A stretch of 51,159 nucleotides of DNA, the filler included, from Jimgerdemannia flammicorona (lineage: Eukaryota), in assembly GCA_003990765.1 (NCBI GenBank). It is 2 parts of 2 records of this genome, joined end to end, with 100 filler letters (N's around TTAATTAATTAA, not from the genome) between each part and the next. Parts side by side here need not be neighbours in the genome. Positions count along the whole stretch, not along the records: positions 1 to 25,533 come from RBNJ01000822.1; 1 more part is not named here. One strand, written 5' to 3'. Under the pieces are notes generated by a model, which saw only the letters and a list, made by a program, of their open reading frames with translations, searched no databases and was not told where the DNA came from. A program made the translations under genes and the position numbers. Below are positions 12,199-25,533 of the stretch, piece by piece; within the stretch, counting starts at the first letter, position 1, and each line of letters starts with the position of its first letter.

Positions 12199-12679
12199 TA
12201 TAATAATTGATCTGAATTAGGAATATAAATCAAGAGAATAGATATTTGATCACAGTACCTAAATCTGATTCCCAAATATAGTATAGCCTTATAAATAGTA
12301 GTTATTTTACAAATATAGAAACTTTAACAAAATGTTAAAATTTTATAAATATTGAGATTTTACAAATATTAAATCTTAATGATCATTAAGATTTCACAGA
12401 TATCAAGAATTTATACTTATAAAAAGTGACTCATAAGAAACATAATCATAACTTGGTTACTTTATAGCTAGCAAACTTATATAAATATCTCAGTATCTAG
12501 AGTGAATAAACCTTAGATCAAAATAGTTTAAAGTAAAGAGAAAGTAAGAGAACTAGTAAGTCTGTAGACTGAACTCATCCACTCTTATATTCTGAGAACT
12601 CTGCAGAGTCAAAGAAGATCAAGTTTTCAAGATACAGAAATCTGATATACTTATATAGTTATATATCCACTATATTACA
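12199..12679 (+). repeat. 5' LTR of gypsy element 1
   Basis: Direct repeat of 24670-25123 (e.g. tatagctagcaaactt, agagtgaataaa, tattctgagaactct, caagttttcaagatacagaaatct). Confidence 0.88.
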
Positions 12680-13704
12680 ACTTAGTATTTATTAGCTAAT
12701 AATTTAAGATGAATTTCTCACTTTTAAGCTAAATAATAAACAACTACTACTACTCAAATAACTACTTAAACCAAACCAAGACATTTAGATAAGATAGATA
12801 TAAGATCATCAGTATTCTATAGATATATATACTTCAAATAAATCAATTATTATCTTTATTAATAATTTCAAGTAGTATACTACTATAATAACTCTGATAG
12901 CTAGATAACAAGTAGCCCTTATATCCTCCAGTCTCTGAGGCCCTGCAAGAGCAGTATTTACAACTATAATCTATATAGAAAATGATGATGATGCTATATT
13001 AATAGTACAAAAGACCTGACTCCAAGCCACTTACTATATAGATAAAATTAGTGCTCTGAATAAATAGAGTTGATCTGGATGAGATTTGATTCAGGTTCAT
13101 CATGTGATAGATTCGAATTAACTCAGATTGATCCAGATTGATCCATCCAGATTAAAATCTTTGGTGACATCACCCTTTCTTTTGTTCATTTTGCTCTTGT
13201 TTTTTTTTTCCTGCTGCACTTTGGTGACATCACCCTTTCCTTTGTTCCCTCTCTTTTCTTTATTCTTTTTCTTTGTTCTTTTCTGCCGCATTCACTAGCA
13301 AACAAAACAGCAGCCCTTAATTTGTACATTGGTCCAGTTTACTCATTTTTCACCCTGCAATGATCATCAAAAGAGGGAGTATTTGAGGTAGAAACACACT
13401 CTCTGCTGACAATGTTAGATTCTTTCTCATATGGACAGCACACAAGCTGCTCATTGAGAGCCAAAGGGGTGATAGTGGTGGCAATGGCAATGGCAATGGC
13501 AATGGCAATGGCAGGGATAAGGGTGAATTCCAGCAACAACTCACAGCAGTCCTTCAGACCTTGGAATTCACAGACCTCATAGCTATATATGTGGCAGCCT
13601 TTTTGGAGCAGCTGGTAGTAGATGTAGGTTGCTCTTTTCTGCTGCTACTTTTTACTTGTTTAAATTCCCCCAGCACAACCTGATTTACCTTGTGCTCTTC
13701 TTAG

Positions 13705-15417
13705 GGTCTACAGCTTTATGGCAAGATCTGCTGACTTTATTCACAACATCTGGTCAAGATGAAGAAAGGTTGGAGGACATTGCAGGGCATACCTTTGGTG
13801 GCTGAGCTATTGAGTCAATGTATCGCATGGCAGAAGTCTCAAAAGGAACAGAAGTAAGCCTTTGTGAGCAATCTTATGCAACTTGTGCAACTCGTTGGTG
13901 TGCAACTTGTTGGCATGCAGCTCACTCACTCACTCACTCATGCTCTTTTTTTGAAATACCCATCTCTATGTTTTATTTAATTTTATTTTTTATGTGGTCT
14001 CCCCCTAAAAAACACCCACACCCACATGCAACCCATCTGCACACAACTTGTCTGCATGCAACCCATCTGCACACAACCTGTCTACATGCAACCCATCCAC
14101 ACGTAACTCATCCGCATGCAACCCATTCACACACAACCTGTCTGTATACTTATCTCGGTCCCTCAGATCAGGGCTCAGTTCCATTGGAAAGGAGAGTTCA
14201 AAGTTACCCAAGTTCAACCATGTCCAGCATCTGATCAAATAGAGAAATTCAAGGGCAAGATATTTAGCATGAGCAGTACCAGCATTGTCATCAAGGCTTG
14301 GGGGTCTACATTCAAATCAGAGTCAATCATTCTCGACCAAGGGGTCCATTGGCCAGCAGAAGTAACCAATAACGAAAAGAACTATATCTTTATTAATGAA
14401 TATAGAGAGGTGGTTGCGATGGTGGTAAGGAACCTCTATGGCAATGAGCTTCGCTACTACATCAACAAGATTTGTGAGAATTGTGTCAAATACTGGGTAG
14501 TAGGAAAGAGGGGGCAAAAAAAGCAAGGAGGGGGGGTTTGGATGGGAATTGGGTATACTACAATACTGGCAAAGGGTGGGTTCTGGAGTTCCAAATTTCC
14601 CCACACTCATCTCCCCTTTTTTTTTTACTCTACTCTAGATAAATCACACTCTTCACCAATATACTCTTTTTGATATAAATCCAGAGATACATAAGATTCT
14701 GTATCCCTACTGGAACTTTAGAAGTGCTGTCGAAGAGCAAACTGCATGCAAGCACAACATGGCCTGTGCAGCAATGGTGGCTATAATCTGGGGTTCTTTG
14801 AGCAGATTGGTAGAGCATATGGTAGGCCAGCTTAGTAGTGATCTCGGCGTAGCTATATGTACATTCTTGGTGCAATTTAGTATGCCATATAAGGTGAGGA
14901 GCTCCGCTTTTTTGGGGTGCTGCAGCCTGGGGGGTTTCTGTGGCCTGGGGGGTTTCTGCCTCCCTGTATATAAAAAGGACTGACCGGTTGCCATCTATTT
15001 TGACAGATTTCCAAGCCAGGGCTCCTGGGGCTGGACTAAGGGCAGGCATCCACCAGCACAGCCTGGCAGTATAAGGTCCTGGGCCAAGGGTTCACCCAAC
15101 TATATGCTTGCATCACATCAGGATATGTCAGGCACAACCTTTCTCTGCCCACACACACAGACAACAATATCACCCTGGTAATGTTTTACATTCCGGAAAG
15201 AAAGGGCCCAATCTGGAAGGATAGTGGCGGAGTCTGGTATGACCTCACCTATGGTTTCGGGGTCCTGTTTGCAGCCAACATAGCCATTCTCTTCCAACCA
15301 CATGACCACCATGGCACCATTGCCTTTGAGGAGAGCTCAGACACAACAGTTGTCACACTTACAATGGATGATAGGCTCATCAAGGCCTGGGACCAGTGGG
15401 TGGAGCAGTTTTTGTAA
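13705..15417 (+). pseudogene. Spliced TET/JBP-like 2OG-Fe(II) dioxygenase (hAT cargo)
   Basis: Exons 13705-13853 (tentative), 14167-14496, 14639-14893, 15007-15417 join in phase. Product includes NYIFINEYREVVAMVVRNL and HNLSLPTHTDNNITLVMFY...SGGVWYDLTYGFGVLF..IAILFQPHDHHGT (HxD...H). Two stops, both explicable as C>T (CGA>TGA, CAA>TAA). A further exon near 13400-13627 is possible. Confidence 0.62.
14024..14145 (+). repeat. Short intronic tandem repeat (catgcaacccatctgcacacaac-like, ~4-5 copies)
   Basis: Directly visible, inside the intron before exon 14167. Confidence 0.8.
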
Positions 15418-15769
15418 GGGTTAGGCAATCTTTCATAAGAGATAGGCAGTCTTTCATGAGGGTTAGGCAGTCATTTTGTGCAGGTTGGGCAGTCTTATGT
15501 GGGGGATTGGGCTGGGTACCTCTTCTGTAGCACTAGCTTAGCCATTATACAGGGCCCTACCAGCCTCTTGGCCCTACCAGCCCCTTGGCTCTGCTCTGTA
15601 GTGCCACCAGTATGGCACTGCAGTACAGGGCCAGGGTGCCCATAGGACCCAAACTAGCAATGGGGCCCGAATCTGTAGTGGACTCTGACTGCTGGAAATG
15701 CCCTCTGACTACCAGAAGTACCCTCTGACTGCCAGAAGTACCCTCTGACCACCAGAAGCACCCTCCACC

Positions 15770-16420
15770 CCAGACTCCTTGGCAGCTTGGGGCTGCCCCT
15801 GCACCGCTAGTAGAGGGCCACGAATTTTGCACACTCTCTCCACCTGCCCTACCTGTCCTGGACACTTGTGGCTTGGGGCTACCCCTTGCTGCCAGCAGAG
15901 GGCCACAAATTTTGCATGCTCTCTTGCTGACCCTATGCCCACCAATCCTGCTGACTGACCCTGCCCACTGACCCAGGCACTGATAGCTTAGAGCTACCCC
16001 TTGCTGCTAGTGGAGGGCCACAAATTTTGCATGCTCCCTCTGCCTGCCCTGCCCATCCTGGACACTTGTGGCTCAGGGCTGCCCCTTGCTGCCAGCGGAG
16101 GGCCACAAATTTTGCACACTCTCTCTACTGACCCCATGCCCACCAACCCCACTGACTGACCCTATCCACTGACCTGGGCACTGACAGCTTGGGGCTGCCC
16201 CTCACTACTGGCAGAGGGCCACAAGTTTTGCATACTCTCTCTGCCAATCCCCTGACTGGGACACTTGCAGCTTGGGGCTGCCCCTTGCTGCCAGTGGAGG
16301 ACTACAAATTTTGCACACTCCCTCCACTGACCTGCCCACCAACCTGAGCACTGACAGCTTGGGGCTGCTCCTTGCTACTGGTAGAGGGCCACAAACATTG
16401 TGCTCTTCCTCCACTGCCAA
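15770..16420. repeat. GC-rich minisatellite, ~7 diverged units of ~85-110 bp
   Basis: Recurring cttggggctgccccttgctgccagcagagggccacaaattttgcacactc core. Lies between the convergent 3' ends of the dioxygenase and transposase genes. Confidence 0.88.
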
Positions 16421-16571
16421 CTCCACCAACCGCTACCCACTTGAGCCACAAACTCTGGGCCGAGTCCTCAGGGTTTTTTGCCTTTTTTATTATTTTTGAA
16501 AGGTATTAAATATTCCACAAGGCCAACCAACTTATCCACAGACCTGCTGAATTTTAGCAGCCCAAGCCCCA

Positions 16572-19100
16572 CTAAGACTTCAGACACATACATGCCCAGA
16601 TTGTCTCAGTATTCAGTACACACCTCTTTAGGGCAATGAGGTCCACCCCACCTAAGAACACCTGCTCAACAGGAGCACTAGAGACAGAAATCACCAGGTA
16701 GTCCCGAGCTATACCACATAGGCTGGGGAAGTCTATTTGACACAGCTGCATGCCCTGGTGGGTAGAGTGGTAGGTAGAGTGGTGGGTAGAGCAGTGGTTA
16801 GATTGGTGGGTTAAATTGGCCCAATGTCCACCTAACAACTCACCTTCCACCAGTTGAGCACCTCCATGCCCTCCAGCAGGATCATGTGGTTGCTGGCAAG
16901 GTAAATGGTAAATTCGTCTATTGACGGCAGCTCTTCCACTGATGGCTCCCTCTTCCTCTTTCTGCTAAAGTAAATGTAGGACAGAAGAGATCCCTTGGCA
17001 TATTTGTCTGGACTTTGACCAGAACCTTGTGGTGGCATGTAGTTTTTCTGGTACACTTCGATTATGGCTTGCTTGGTTCTCTCAATGAAGTGCTGCTCCC
17101 AGCTCTGATCTTTATGGTATTGTAGCTTTAAGCATAGGTCTAGCACTGTTTGAAGGAGAGGAGAGAGTGAGTTTTTGTGGGGGTTTCTCTGTTTTGGAAG
17201 GGGTAATAGCTATATGCCAACATCAACATACCTGTACTGATTGAGTATATGGTGGTATCTGTTTGGGAGTAGTACTTTCTGAGCTTGCTAAGAGCAACCT
17301 CTACAGCATCTCTCTGATCCGGGCTCAACCATAAATCACTGCAACTCTCCAGTCTGTCCTCGAGCTTGTCCTCTAGCCAGTCAATCAGAAGGTTATATAC
17401 TGATATTGCCAAGCTTATTGTCAGGGTCATTTGTTTGACTATATCCTTTGTACAATCATTGAAACACTGGTAGTTATATGTGGTGAGGTATTGCATTGTA
17501 CAGAGACAGACAAAATGAGTGTGGAGGCTGACAAAATGAGTGTGGAGCCAGAGCAATCACCACTTACTTCCAAAACTCTGACAATATTCCTAAGTATGTC
17601 CCACTTACTTTCACCTAGAACCTCAGCCCATATTTCCTTGTCAGCAGCCACTGTTGAATCTATTGACTTTTTTTGATTTTTTTTTTTTTAAATAAATCTT
17701 CAATCATCCGAAACAAGTTGCTTCAGCCGACCGAAGAAAAAAGGATACATACCACAGCAAACTCTAGTGTATGCTGGATCATTGCAAATATTGAGTTCCA
17801 ACATATACAGACATTCAATATAAGCTCTTTCGAGGCTAAACTGATTGCTCTACACTGTGCAGCAAATTTGTCTTGTTATTGTGGGGACAATCAGACTGAT
17901 ACAACCAGGTTACATAGCTTGAAAATTATACTTAGGGCCCCTCCTCTCTTGGATGTTTTGTCTACATATGTAAGATAGTTCTGAATAGTGAGGTTCAGTA
18001 CATGGGTCTGGTATCATATATGGCAGCTTTCTGCATCAAAGGCCACATTTTTCTATTTGAGGCTAGCTACTAAAACTTTGAAAAATGTTAAGTTATTTGT
18101 AGCATTATCCATTGTAATGGTCAAAATCTGTACTTGAAATATTCAGTCAGCAATTTTATGTGAAAATAAATAACCAATAAAATCTGGTTTGGTTTAGGAC
18201 CTCCCTCAAAATGCTGACCTGATGGCAAGCCCCCCTTTTTTACCTTAGTTGTGATCCCAAGCTCCCAGATATAACTAATAAAAGCATCTGCAATGTTGTC
18301 TCCAGAATGAGGGCCAGCAAGTTTAACAAAGTCAAAGGTGAGAGATTTAAGCTACCAATTGAGGTCAATCTAATAACTAGTAATGTTCAGAAATGAAATT
18401 ACATTAGGGGATGTCCGTATATTGATCGTAAATGAAATTTTGCCTGCCGAATTCTGCTTATTGAATGTGAGGTTAAATTGGTAAGCTCTTTTATATGTAT
18501 AATTCAGCTTGCAAAGGTCATAGTGCTACTCTTATTTTATCTGAAGTGTCTGGCGGAGATTATCGTGCTCCTTCCTATAGGCCTCCAGGACATCTTTGTA
18601 AATAGTATCAGTACTTGGCAAATATAAATCATGCTTAAGGAGGCCAAAGATGCTATGCAATTGATCACTCTTGATAGTTGTGAATGGCTGGTCTGTACAT
18701 ACAATCCAGCAAATGAGCTGATTTCGAAATTCTGCCGAAGAGTATGGCTAAATATTTTTGATTAAATGGCATTGTTGGTACAGAAATGGTCAGGCAATTG
18801 GATAAACATACCCACTACAGCTTGGATTTAATTTTATTTGTCTCCATGTTCTTTTTGATTTTGTCAGAGTGCTTGTCTTTTATGTGTCGATTCATATTCA
18901 AAGTTGTACCCCCAAGCATTTTGAACTTCTGGCTGGTGCAGTTTATGGGAGTGGATGAAACAATATCATGTATGTATCAAAACAAACAAAAAGTGTCAAT
19001 AGGTGTGTCTTAATTTTTTACCTGCAATAATTACAAATAATATCATCTCCTATCTTATCTTAGCACAATATTGTCAGATTTTGAAGCAAGAATTGCATAG
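16572..19100 (-). pseudogene. hAT transposase (BED finger, DDE core, C-terminal dimerisation domain), intron-containing, disrupted
   Basis: IICNYC...TTLNMNRHIKDKH (BED finger); WIVCTDQPF; GKISFTINIRTSPN; GPHSGDNIA; ITMDNATNN; HVLNL; LDLCLKL; WWK; FPSLCGIARDYLVISVSSAPVEQVF. Confidence 0.9.
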
Positions 19101-19279
19101 AAGGTGTGGAACTATCAGAGATGTTTGACTTAAAGCATCATTGGTACTATGAACTGTTGAAGACTAATCTGTCAATATGTGTATTTGTATGTTTGCATGT
19201 ACATATGAATGCATGTATGTATATTGTATATACATGTGTGTATATTGTGTTGTGGATACATCCGGCATATGAGTTATGT

Positions 19280-19560
19280 GGAGAATTTGGATTGGAGGAT
19301 TTGGTTGAAGGATTTGGATGAGGATTCAGATTGAAGGATTTGAATTGGAGGATTTGAATTAGAGGATTCAAATTGGAGAATTCAGATTGAGTGATTCAGA
19401 TTGAGTGATTTGGATTGAGTAATTTGGATTGAGTGATTCAGATTGAGTGATTCAGATTGAGGTGGTTTGGATGGGTGATTCAGATAGAGTGATTTGGATG
19501 AGGTGATTCAGATTAATCTGAGTTGATTTGGATGACTTCAGATTTGAGATTCGGATCAAA
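19280..19560. repeat. hAT subterminal repeats (gattcagattgagt-like 14-mers)
   Basis: Many tandem copies next to the TIR. Related gatt/ggat motifs occur at 13070-13155 and in the MITE ends. Confidence 0.8.
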
Positions 19561-19625
19561 CTGTCATGTGACGAATTGAATTCGGATTTGATTTGAATTG
19601 ACTCATTCGGAGCACTAAATAAAAT

Positions 19626-22600
19626 CAAGTAAGCTCTGAAAGATCAGCTCAATATAATATACTAAGGAATGAGTGATGATTCAAACATATTTTACACTAG
19701 AATCTGATATCAGATAATCTTTACAGATTATACTAATACTATCTGAGACTAAGTAGCTAAAGTAATCTTTATAAAAAGAGTTCATCCAGAGATAGTCATA
19801 ACTATCTGCTTACTACTAGTAGTCTTAAATCTAATATAGAAGATTATCTATGTTCAGCAATACTAGATAGCCAGATATCTACAAGACTATATAATAGAAA
19901 GAGTTACTAGAGTTAGAATTGAAGTACTTAAGACAATCTACTATAGTGATCAATTGAAATATACCTCAACTAAGAGCTACTGAGTAGCAGAGAAATAGTA
20001 ACTCTATAGAGGAACTAGCTAAGAAATTTGCTAAAATAACTGTCTACTTAAGAGATATAGTAAAGAAAATCAGAAGAAGAAATTGCTATCCAGTTCAGAA
20101 GTTTGCTACTACCTTAGATAAGAAAAGAGATACTTACTATACCTGTTGAGAAGAAGGTCATTACTCATATAGATATATGAGTGAAATCAAGTATAAGACT
20201 CAGTCAAGCAATGTTACTTAAATTAGAGAATAGGCCAATACTATTACTTTTAAAGAAATTAGAGAATTTGATAAAGAAGAATAAAAGACCTACTCTATAC
20301 AGACTACTAAGAAGAATGTTTGTAAGAAACTCTATAAGAGACTACTAGAGAGATCCCAGAAGAACTTAGTAGAGAAACAGATAGAGACTACTATAGAAAG
20401 CCAAGTCAAAGAAATGGATCAAGATATAGAGTTGGAACAGATTGTTCAGAATATCATTCAAGAAACTATCTCAGCCAGTGAAGGAGAAAAAGAAAAAAAG
20501 CTCCACAAAACCAAGATCTTTAAATATAATATCTTTAAGAATCTCAGCTAACAAAAGATCAATACAACCTTTGGCTAGCTGGCAGAAATTTCCACATTCA
20601 AATAGTAAATGAGATATAGACTTACTAAGATAACTAAGAAGCAAGTTGAAAGATAATCAAGACTAATAATATTTAAGAAGACTTAGAAGAGAAAAGTAAA
20701 GACAATTGCAAGACCTCTACCTATATAATCTGTTAAATCAAAAATAGAATCTTTGAGACCATTATTGATACTAGAGCTAGAGGATATCTCCTTGGTAAGA
20801 AAGTAGCAGATTGCCTAGGTTGGGAGGTCAAAGAAGTAATCAAGTTAGTATTTATTATTATAGATAATATAAGAGCCACACCTCTGAAAAAGATCCGAGA
20901 TATTCCCATTAAGTTTAGAGAAGCAACCATCTCAGTAAATATAATCATAATCAATACAACTAACTATGACATCCTTATTGACAGCCAGTGGCTTCATAAA
21001 GTCAGAGCAATAATTGACCTAAATATGCAGAAGATACAGATCATCTACTAAGGACAGAAGATGAGAATTCCTATCAATATTAATAAAGAAGTACTCTCTG
21101 AAATAGAGGAAGAAGAAAGTGAGTAAGAAAAAGTCTACATATTGACTATTTAGAAAAAGAAGAAGAAAGTTAGATAGATAAGTGAAGAAGAATAGTACAA
21201 AAGAATTATTAAAGAATATATACTATAAGGAGTCTGTCTTCATAGAATTAAGATATACTATATAGAGCATATCAATGATTGCTACCAGTATATCAGTGAA
21301 ATTAAGAAGTTCTATTATGAAAGAAGACAGAAGATTCTTGAGAAACAAGCAAGAGAAGAAAAGAAGAAGAAGAGGATGATGAATTACTGGCCCTTCTAGA
21401 AGATAGTGATGATGAAGAAAATATCAAGATCAAGTTTTAAAAGATTTATTTTAATATAGTTCTACCAGAATATAAATCAGAAAATGCAGTTGAAATAGAT
21501 ATTACTATAGTAGAAAAAACTATACTAGAACTCCAGATAACTACCCTACTCATAACTAGTTTAGAGATGACTATTCTAAAAGACTATATCAGGATTCTCA
21601 AGATAAGAAGCAGCTTGACTAAAAGTGAGATTACTATTAAAGAAGGAGTCATTAATTCAGATTACATATATTGAAGAAATACTACTCATTGCTAGAAATC
21701 ACAATTCTACAATTTCATTCCCAATTAAGAAGAAGGACTGACTGGTACAGATGATGATCTTCTTAGTCCTATAGCCAAAGATTATAGAAGTCAAGAAATT
21801 AGAGAAAATAAAGAGAGAAATGAAAGAATTTGAATCTACTGAAAGAGGAGTATTTGCTAGTACCAAAATCACTGAACTAGATCACAAAAAGAAGAAAAGC
21901 ACAAGTAAGCACAGCTATATTATTAGAAATGAATTCTTACTCAAGAAAGAACTCAAGAAGATATTCTATAAATTTGAGAATGTTCTGACTACAAATTTTA
22001 AAGATATTAAAGAAAAGACACCACACTACTACTATAATATAGATATAGGAGATACCAAACCAATCTATCAAAAAGCAAGACCAATTCCACCAGCCTACCA
22101 TAAATAGCTTAGAGAAGAAATTAAGCAAATAAAAGAAGCTAGTATTATTAAAGAAGCCAGTTGTTCTTAGGTTTTATCAGTCATACTAGCTTTAAAGAAA
22201 GAAAGCAAGTTAGGAGAATTTGCTCCAAGACTCTCACTGATTACAAAAAGCTCAACATATTTATCAAAAAGAATCACTAACTACTGCCTCTTATCAGCAA
22301 TATCCTTATAACTCTAGGAGACAAAGTATAGTATTATAGTACCTTGAACTTATATTTAGGATTCTATCAAATTGGTCTCACAGAAGTAGTAAGTAAAAAG
22401 TCAGCTTTCATCACTCTAGATAAAACCTATGTCTATCTGCAAATACTATTTAGAATATATAATATACTAGTAAGTTTCCAATAAATAATGATCAAAATAT
22501 TCTACTATAATATAGAAAGATGAATGATGGTTTATGTGGATGATATTACTATCTACAGCAAGATACCAGAAGAATATCTACAGTATATCCAGCAGATGAT

Positions 22601-24300
22601 AAAGAAGCTAAGAAAGCATAGTCTATATATTAAGTCTAAGAAGTATAAGTTTGCAGAAATTGAGATCTCCTACTTAGGCCACATTATCAACTGAGATAGA
22701 ACATATACAGACCCTCTCAAGATATAAGCAGTAGTAGCATATCCAAGACCCACAACTGTCACTAAAGCCCAAGCCTTCATGAGACTCACTTCATACTACT
22801 ATAGATTTATCAAAAAATTCTCCAATATCACAGATCCAATCTATAAACTTAATGAGGAGAATATCAAGTTCCAATAGACTAGCAGGTAACAAAAAGTATT
22901 TAATGAGCTCAAGATTAGACTGACTCAAGCACTCATTCTTAGAAGACCCAATTAGACTCAAGAATTCATCCTACAGATAGATACTAATATATAAGAACTA
23001 AGAGCAGTTCTGGTCTAGAAGAAAGATAAAGTAGAGTATATCATTATATATCTCAGTTGAGGAATCTGAGAAGTTGAAAAAGAATATGAATCCTATAAGT
23101 TAGAATATCTTGCAGTCATCTAGACTATAGAAAAGTTCCACTACTATCTCACTAAAAGACACTTTACTATCCAGACAGACTATTTAGCTCTTACTTAGCT
23201 ACTGACTACTAGATAACCCAAAGGAATTTATATTAGATAGATTATAAAGTTGCAAGTCTGTAATGTAATATACTACTCTGGAAGAACTAACATTAATATG
23301 GATGTCTTTTCATAGATATTTGGAAGAACTCTCAACCAATAAACCAATCATAAATAAGGAGCTCTACTATAGAATTATTATCTATCTGAGATAGTGAAAG
23401 ATGCTCTAATATCTAAAAGAATGAATGCAAATAATTATCAATAGAATATAGAAATAATTCAAAACTAATAAAGAAATATTAAAGAAAGAAAAACTACTAG
23501 TTATATCTAAATATAAGAAAGAGTAAGTAATGAAATCAGTATATAAACTTGACTATCTAGGAGGAACAAATATCTATGATAAGATAAGAAGAACAATATA
23601 GTGACCAGGAATAGAGAAAGACATTAGACAATTTGTCAAAACCTACAATAAATACCAAAAATAGAAATAAGAGCAATAAAATTAGATCCCAGAATTAGTA
23701 TATATACACAGAACTAGTATCCTTTATCCATATAGCAATAGATATAATCAGCTCTCTATCCTTAACTTTGACTAGTAACTAATATATCATTATTATTATA
23801 GACCTTTTTACAAAATAGATAGAAGCAGAATACCTCAAAGAAGTCAATATACAGTTAATTACTGATTTCTTCTATAAAGAAATTATCTGCTAATTCAAGA
23901 CTCCAACATAAGTAACTACAGATAGAGAAATAGAATTTATAAATCAATTCTTTGAGGTTCTCTATCAGTATAAGATCTAGTATATTTAGACTATAGTCTA
24001 TTACTCTTAGAGAAATAGATAAGTAGGAAGAATAAATAAGACTCTTAAGAATATTATTGCTAAGATCTATGATAACTATAAAAACTAGGACTACTATCTG
24101 CTAATAGCATTATCTGCTCTCTAGGATATCTGATCATAAAGTATCTATTTTACCTCTTGGGAGATACTATTCAGAGAAGAAAGTTTATAAAAAACTCTAT
24201 TATTTAATAGAGATACTATATGGAAATATATAGATATAGAGATATAGAGACTATACCAAATCAGAAAAAAGACCAAGAATTATATAACTAAGATATGTAG
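19626..24300 (+). pseudogene. gag (rest)-protease-RT-RNaseH-integrase of gypsy element 1
   Basis: Remnants include a decayed zinc knuckle (~20135-20180), protease IIDT (20761), RT VYVDD (~22530), RNase H and integrase TTDR. Many TAG/TAA stops at Trp/Gln positions. Confidence 0.85.
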
Positions 24301-24669
24301 TACAGATACACTTATTCTGAATTTTGTATTTTAAGGTCTATCAGAACTAGATCAAGTTTCAAAAATACTTCAAGTTGAGATAGTTACTAAATTCACAGCT
24401 AGAGATGGGAAAGAAAGACTGAATCAGAGAGTGCTAGCTCTTTCACACTCAGATCATTATTGTTAAATAAGTGAACAAGTTATATAAAGATAATGAGTCA
24501 GTCTTACCTCACTCCTGAGGAGTAATCTTAAGAGACTTTAGACATATTAAGAGATACTATTGAGAGAACATAATAATATAAATTATATAGTATAAGAAGA
24601 TACAACTTGTAGAAGCTTGGGCATTTGAATAGGATATTTCAGAGATAAATTACTTATTTAGGAGAAAAT

Positions 24670-25123
24670 TGTGATAGTCAATCTAAATTAGAAATATAAA
24701 TTAAAGAAATAGATATTTATTCAAGTATCTGAATCTGATTTCTAAATATAATATAGTCTTATAAATAGCAGTTATTTCATAAATATAAAAACTTCAATAA
24801 ATGTTAAAATTTTATAAATGTTAAGATTTCACAAATATCAAGAATCTACACTTATGAAAAATAACTTATAGAAAACATAGTTATAACTTAGTCACCTTAT
24901 AGCTAGCAAACTTGTATAAATATCTCAGTATTTAGAGTGAATAAATCTCAGATCAAAATAGTTCAAAATAAAGAGAAAATAAGAGAACTAATAAGTCTAT
25001 AGGTAGATATACTTCAAATCTACCTACTTCTATATTCTGAGAACTCTACAGAGTTAAAGAAGACAAGTTTTCAAGATACAGAAATCTTATATACTAATAT
25101 AATTATACATCTACTATATTATA
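24670..25123 (+). repeat. 3' LTR of gypsy element 1
   Basis: Starts TGTGATAG after the purine tract ttaggagaaaa. Matches 12199-12679. Confidence 0.88.
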
Positions 25124-25533
25124 TTATTTATTATATAATAATAATTATAATAAATTCTTTTATTTATTTTATTATTTTATTATAGTAAAATAAAATTAAA
25201 TATAATTCTATTAACTTTTAATTAAAATCAAAAAGTTATATTAGTAATATAATAATTTTAAATATTACAATTAGATAATATTATATTATATATATATTTT
25301 TTTTTAACTTTTTATTTTTATTTTTATTTTTAGACTTTTATTTATTTATTTATTTATTTTTTATAATATTTTAATATATTCTGAATATATAAAAATATTT
25401 TTTAATACTAAAACTTTACTAGAATATTTTTGTCTTTTTTTTTTTTTTTTTTTTTTTAATTTTTTTTTTTTTTTTTTTTATTTTTTTTATATTTTTTTTA
25501 AATTTTTTTTTTTTTTTTTTTAAATTTTTTTTT

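Larger units (their letters stand above)
13049..19617 (-). mobile_element. hAT DNA transposon (6.6 kb) with transposase and cargo gene
   Basis: TIRs tagtgctctgaat (13049) / attcggagcacta (ends 19617). 8-bp TSD gataaaat (13041-13048) / aataaaat (19618-19625). Gypsy gag reads TYYIDK-I before and continues ALKDQLN after the insertion. Confidence 0.92.
12199..25123 (+). mobile_element. Ty3/gypsy LTR retrotransposon 1, heavily C>T/G>A mutated, with nested hAT
   Basis: LTRs 12199-12679 and 24670-25123. Mutated PBS after 12679 matches the PBS of element 3. Purine tract before 24670. gag-PR-RT-RH-IN remnants. Possible TTAT TSD (low complexity). Confidence 0.88.

Noticed and set aside
15770..16420. 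CRISPR-like appearance of spaced repeats
   Set aside because: The spacers are themselves repeated and the units are diverged. Eukaryotic context, no cas genes.
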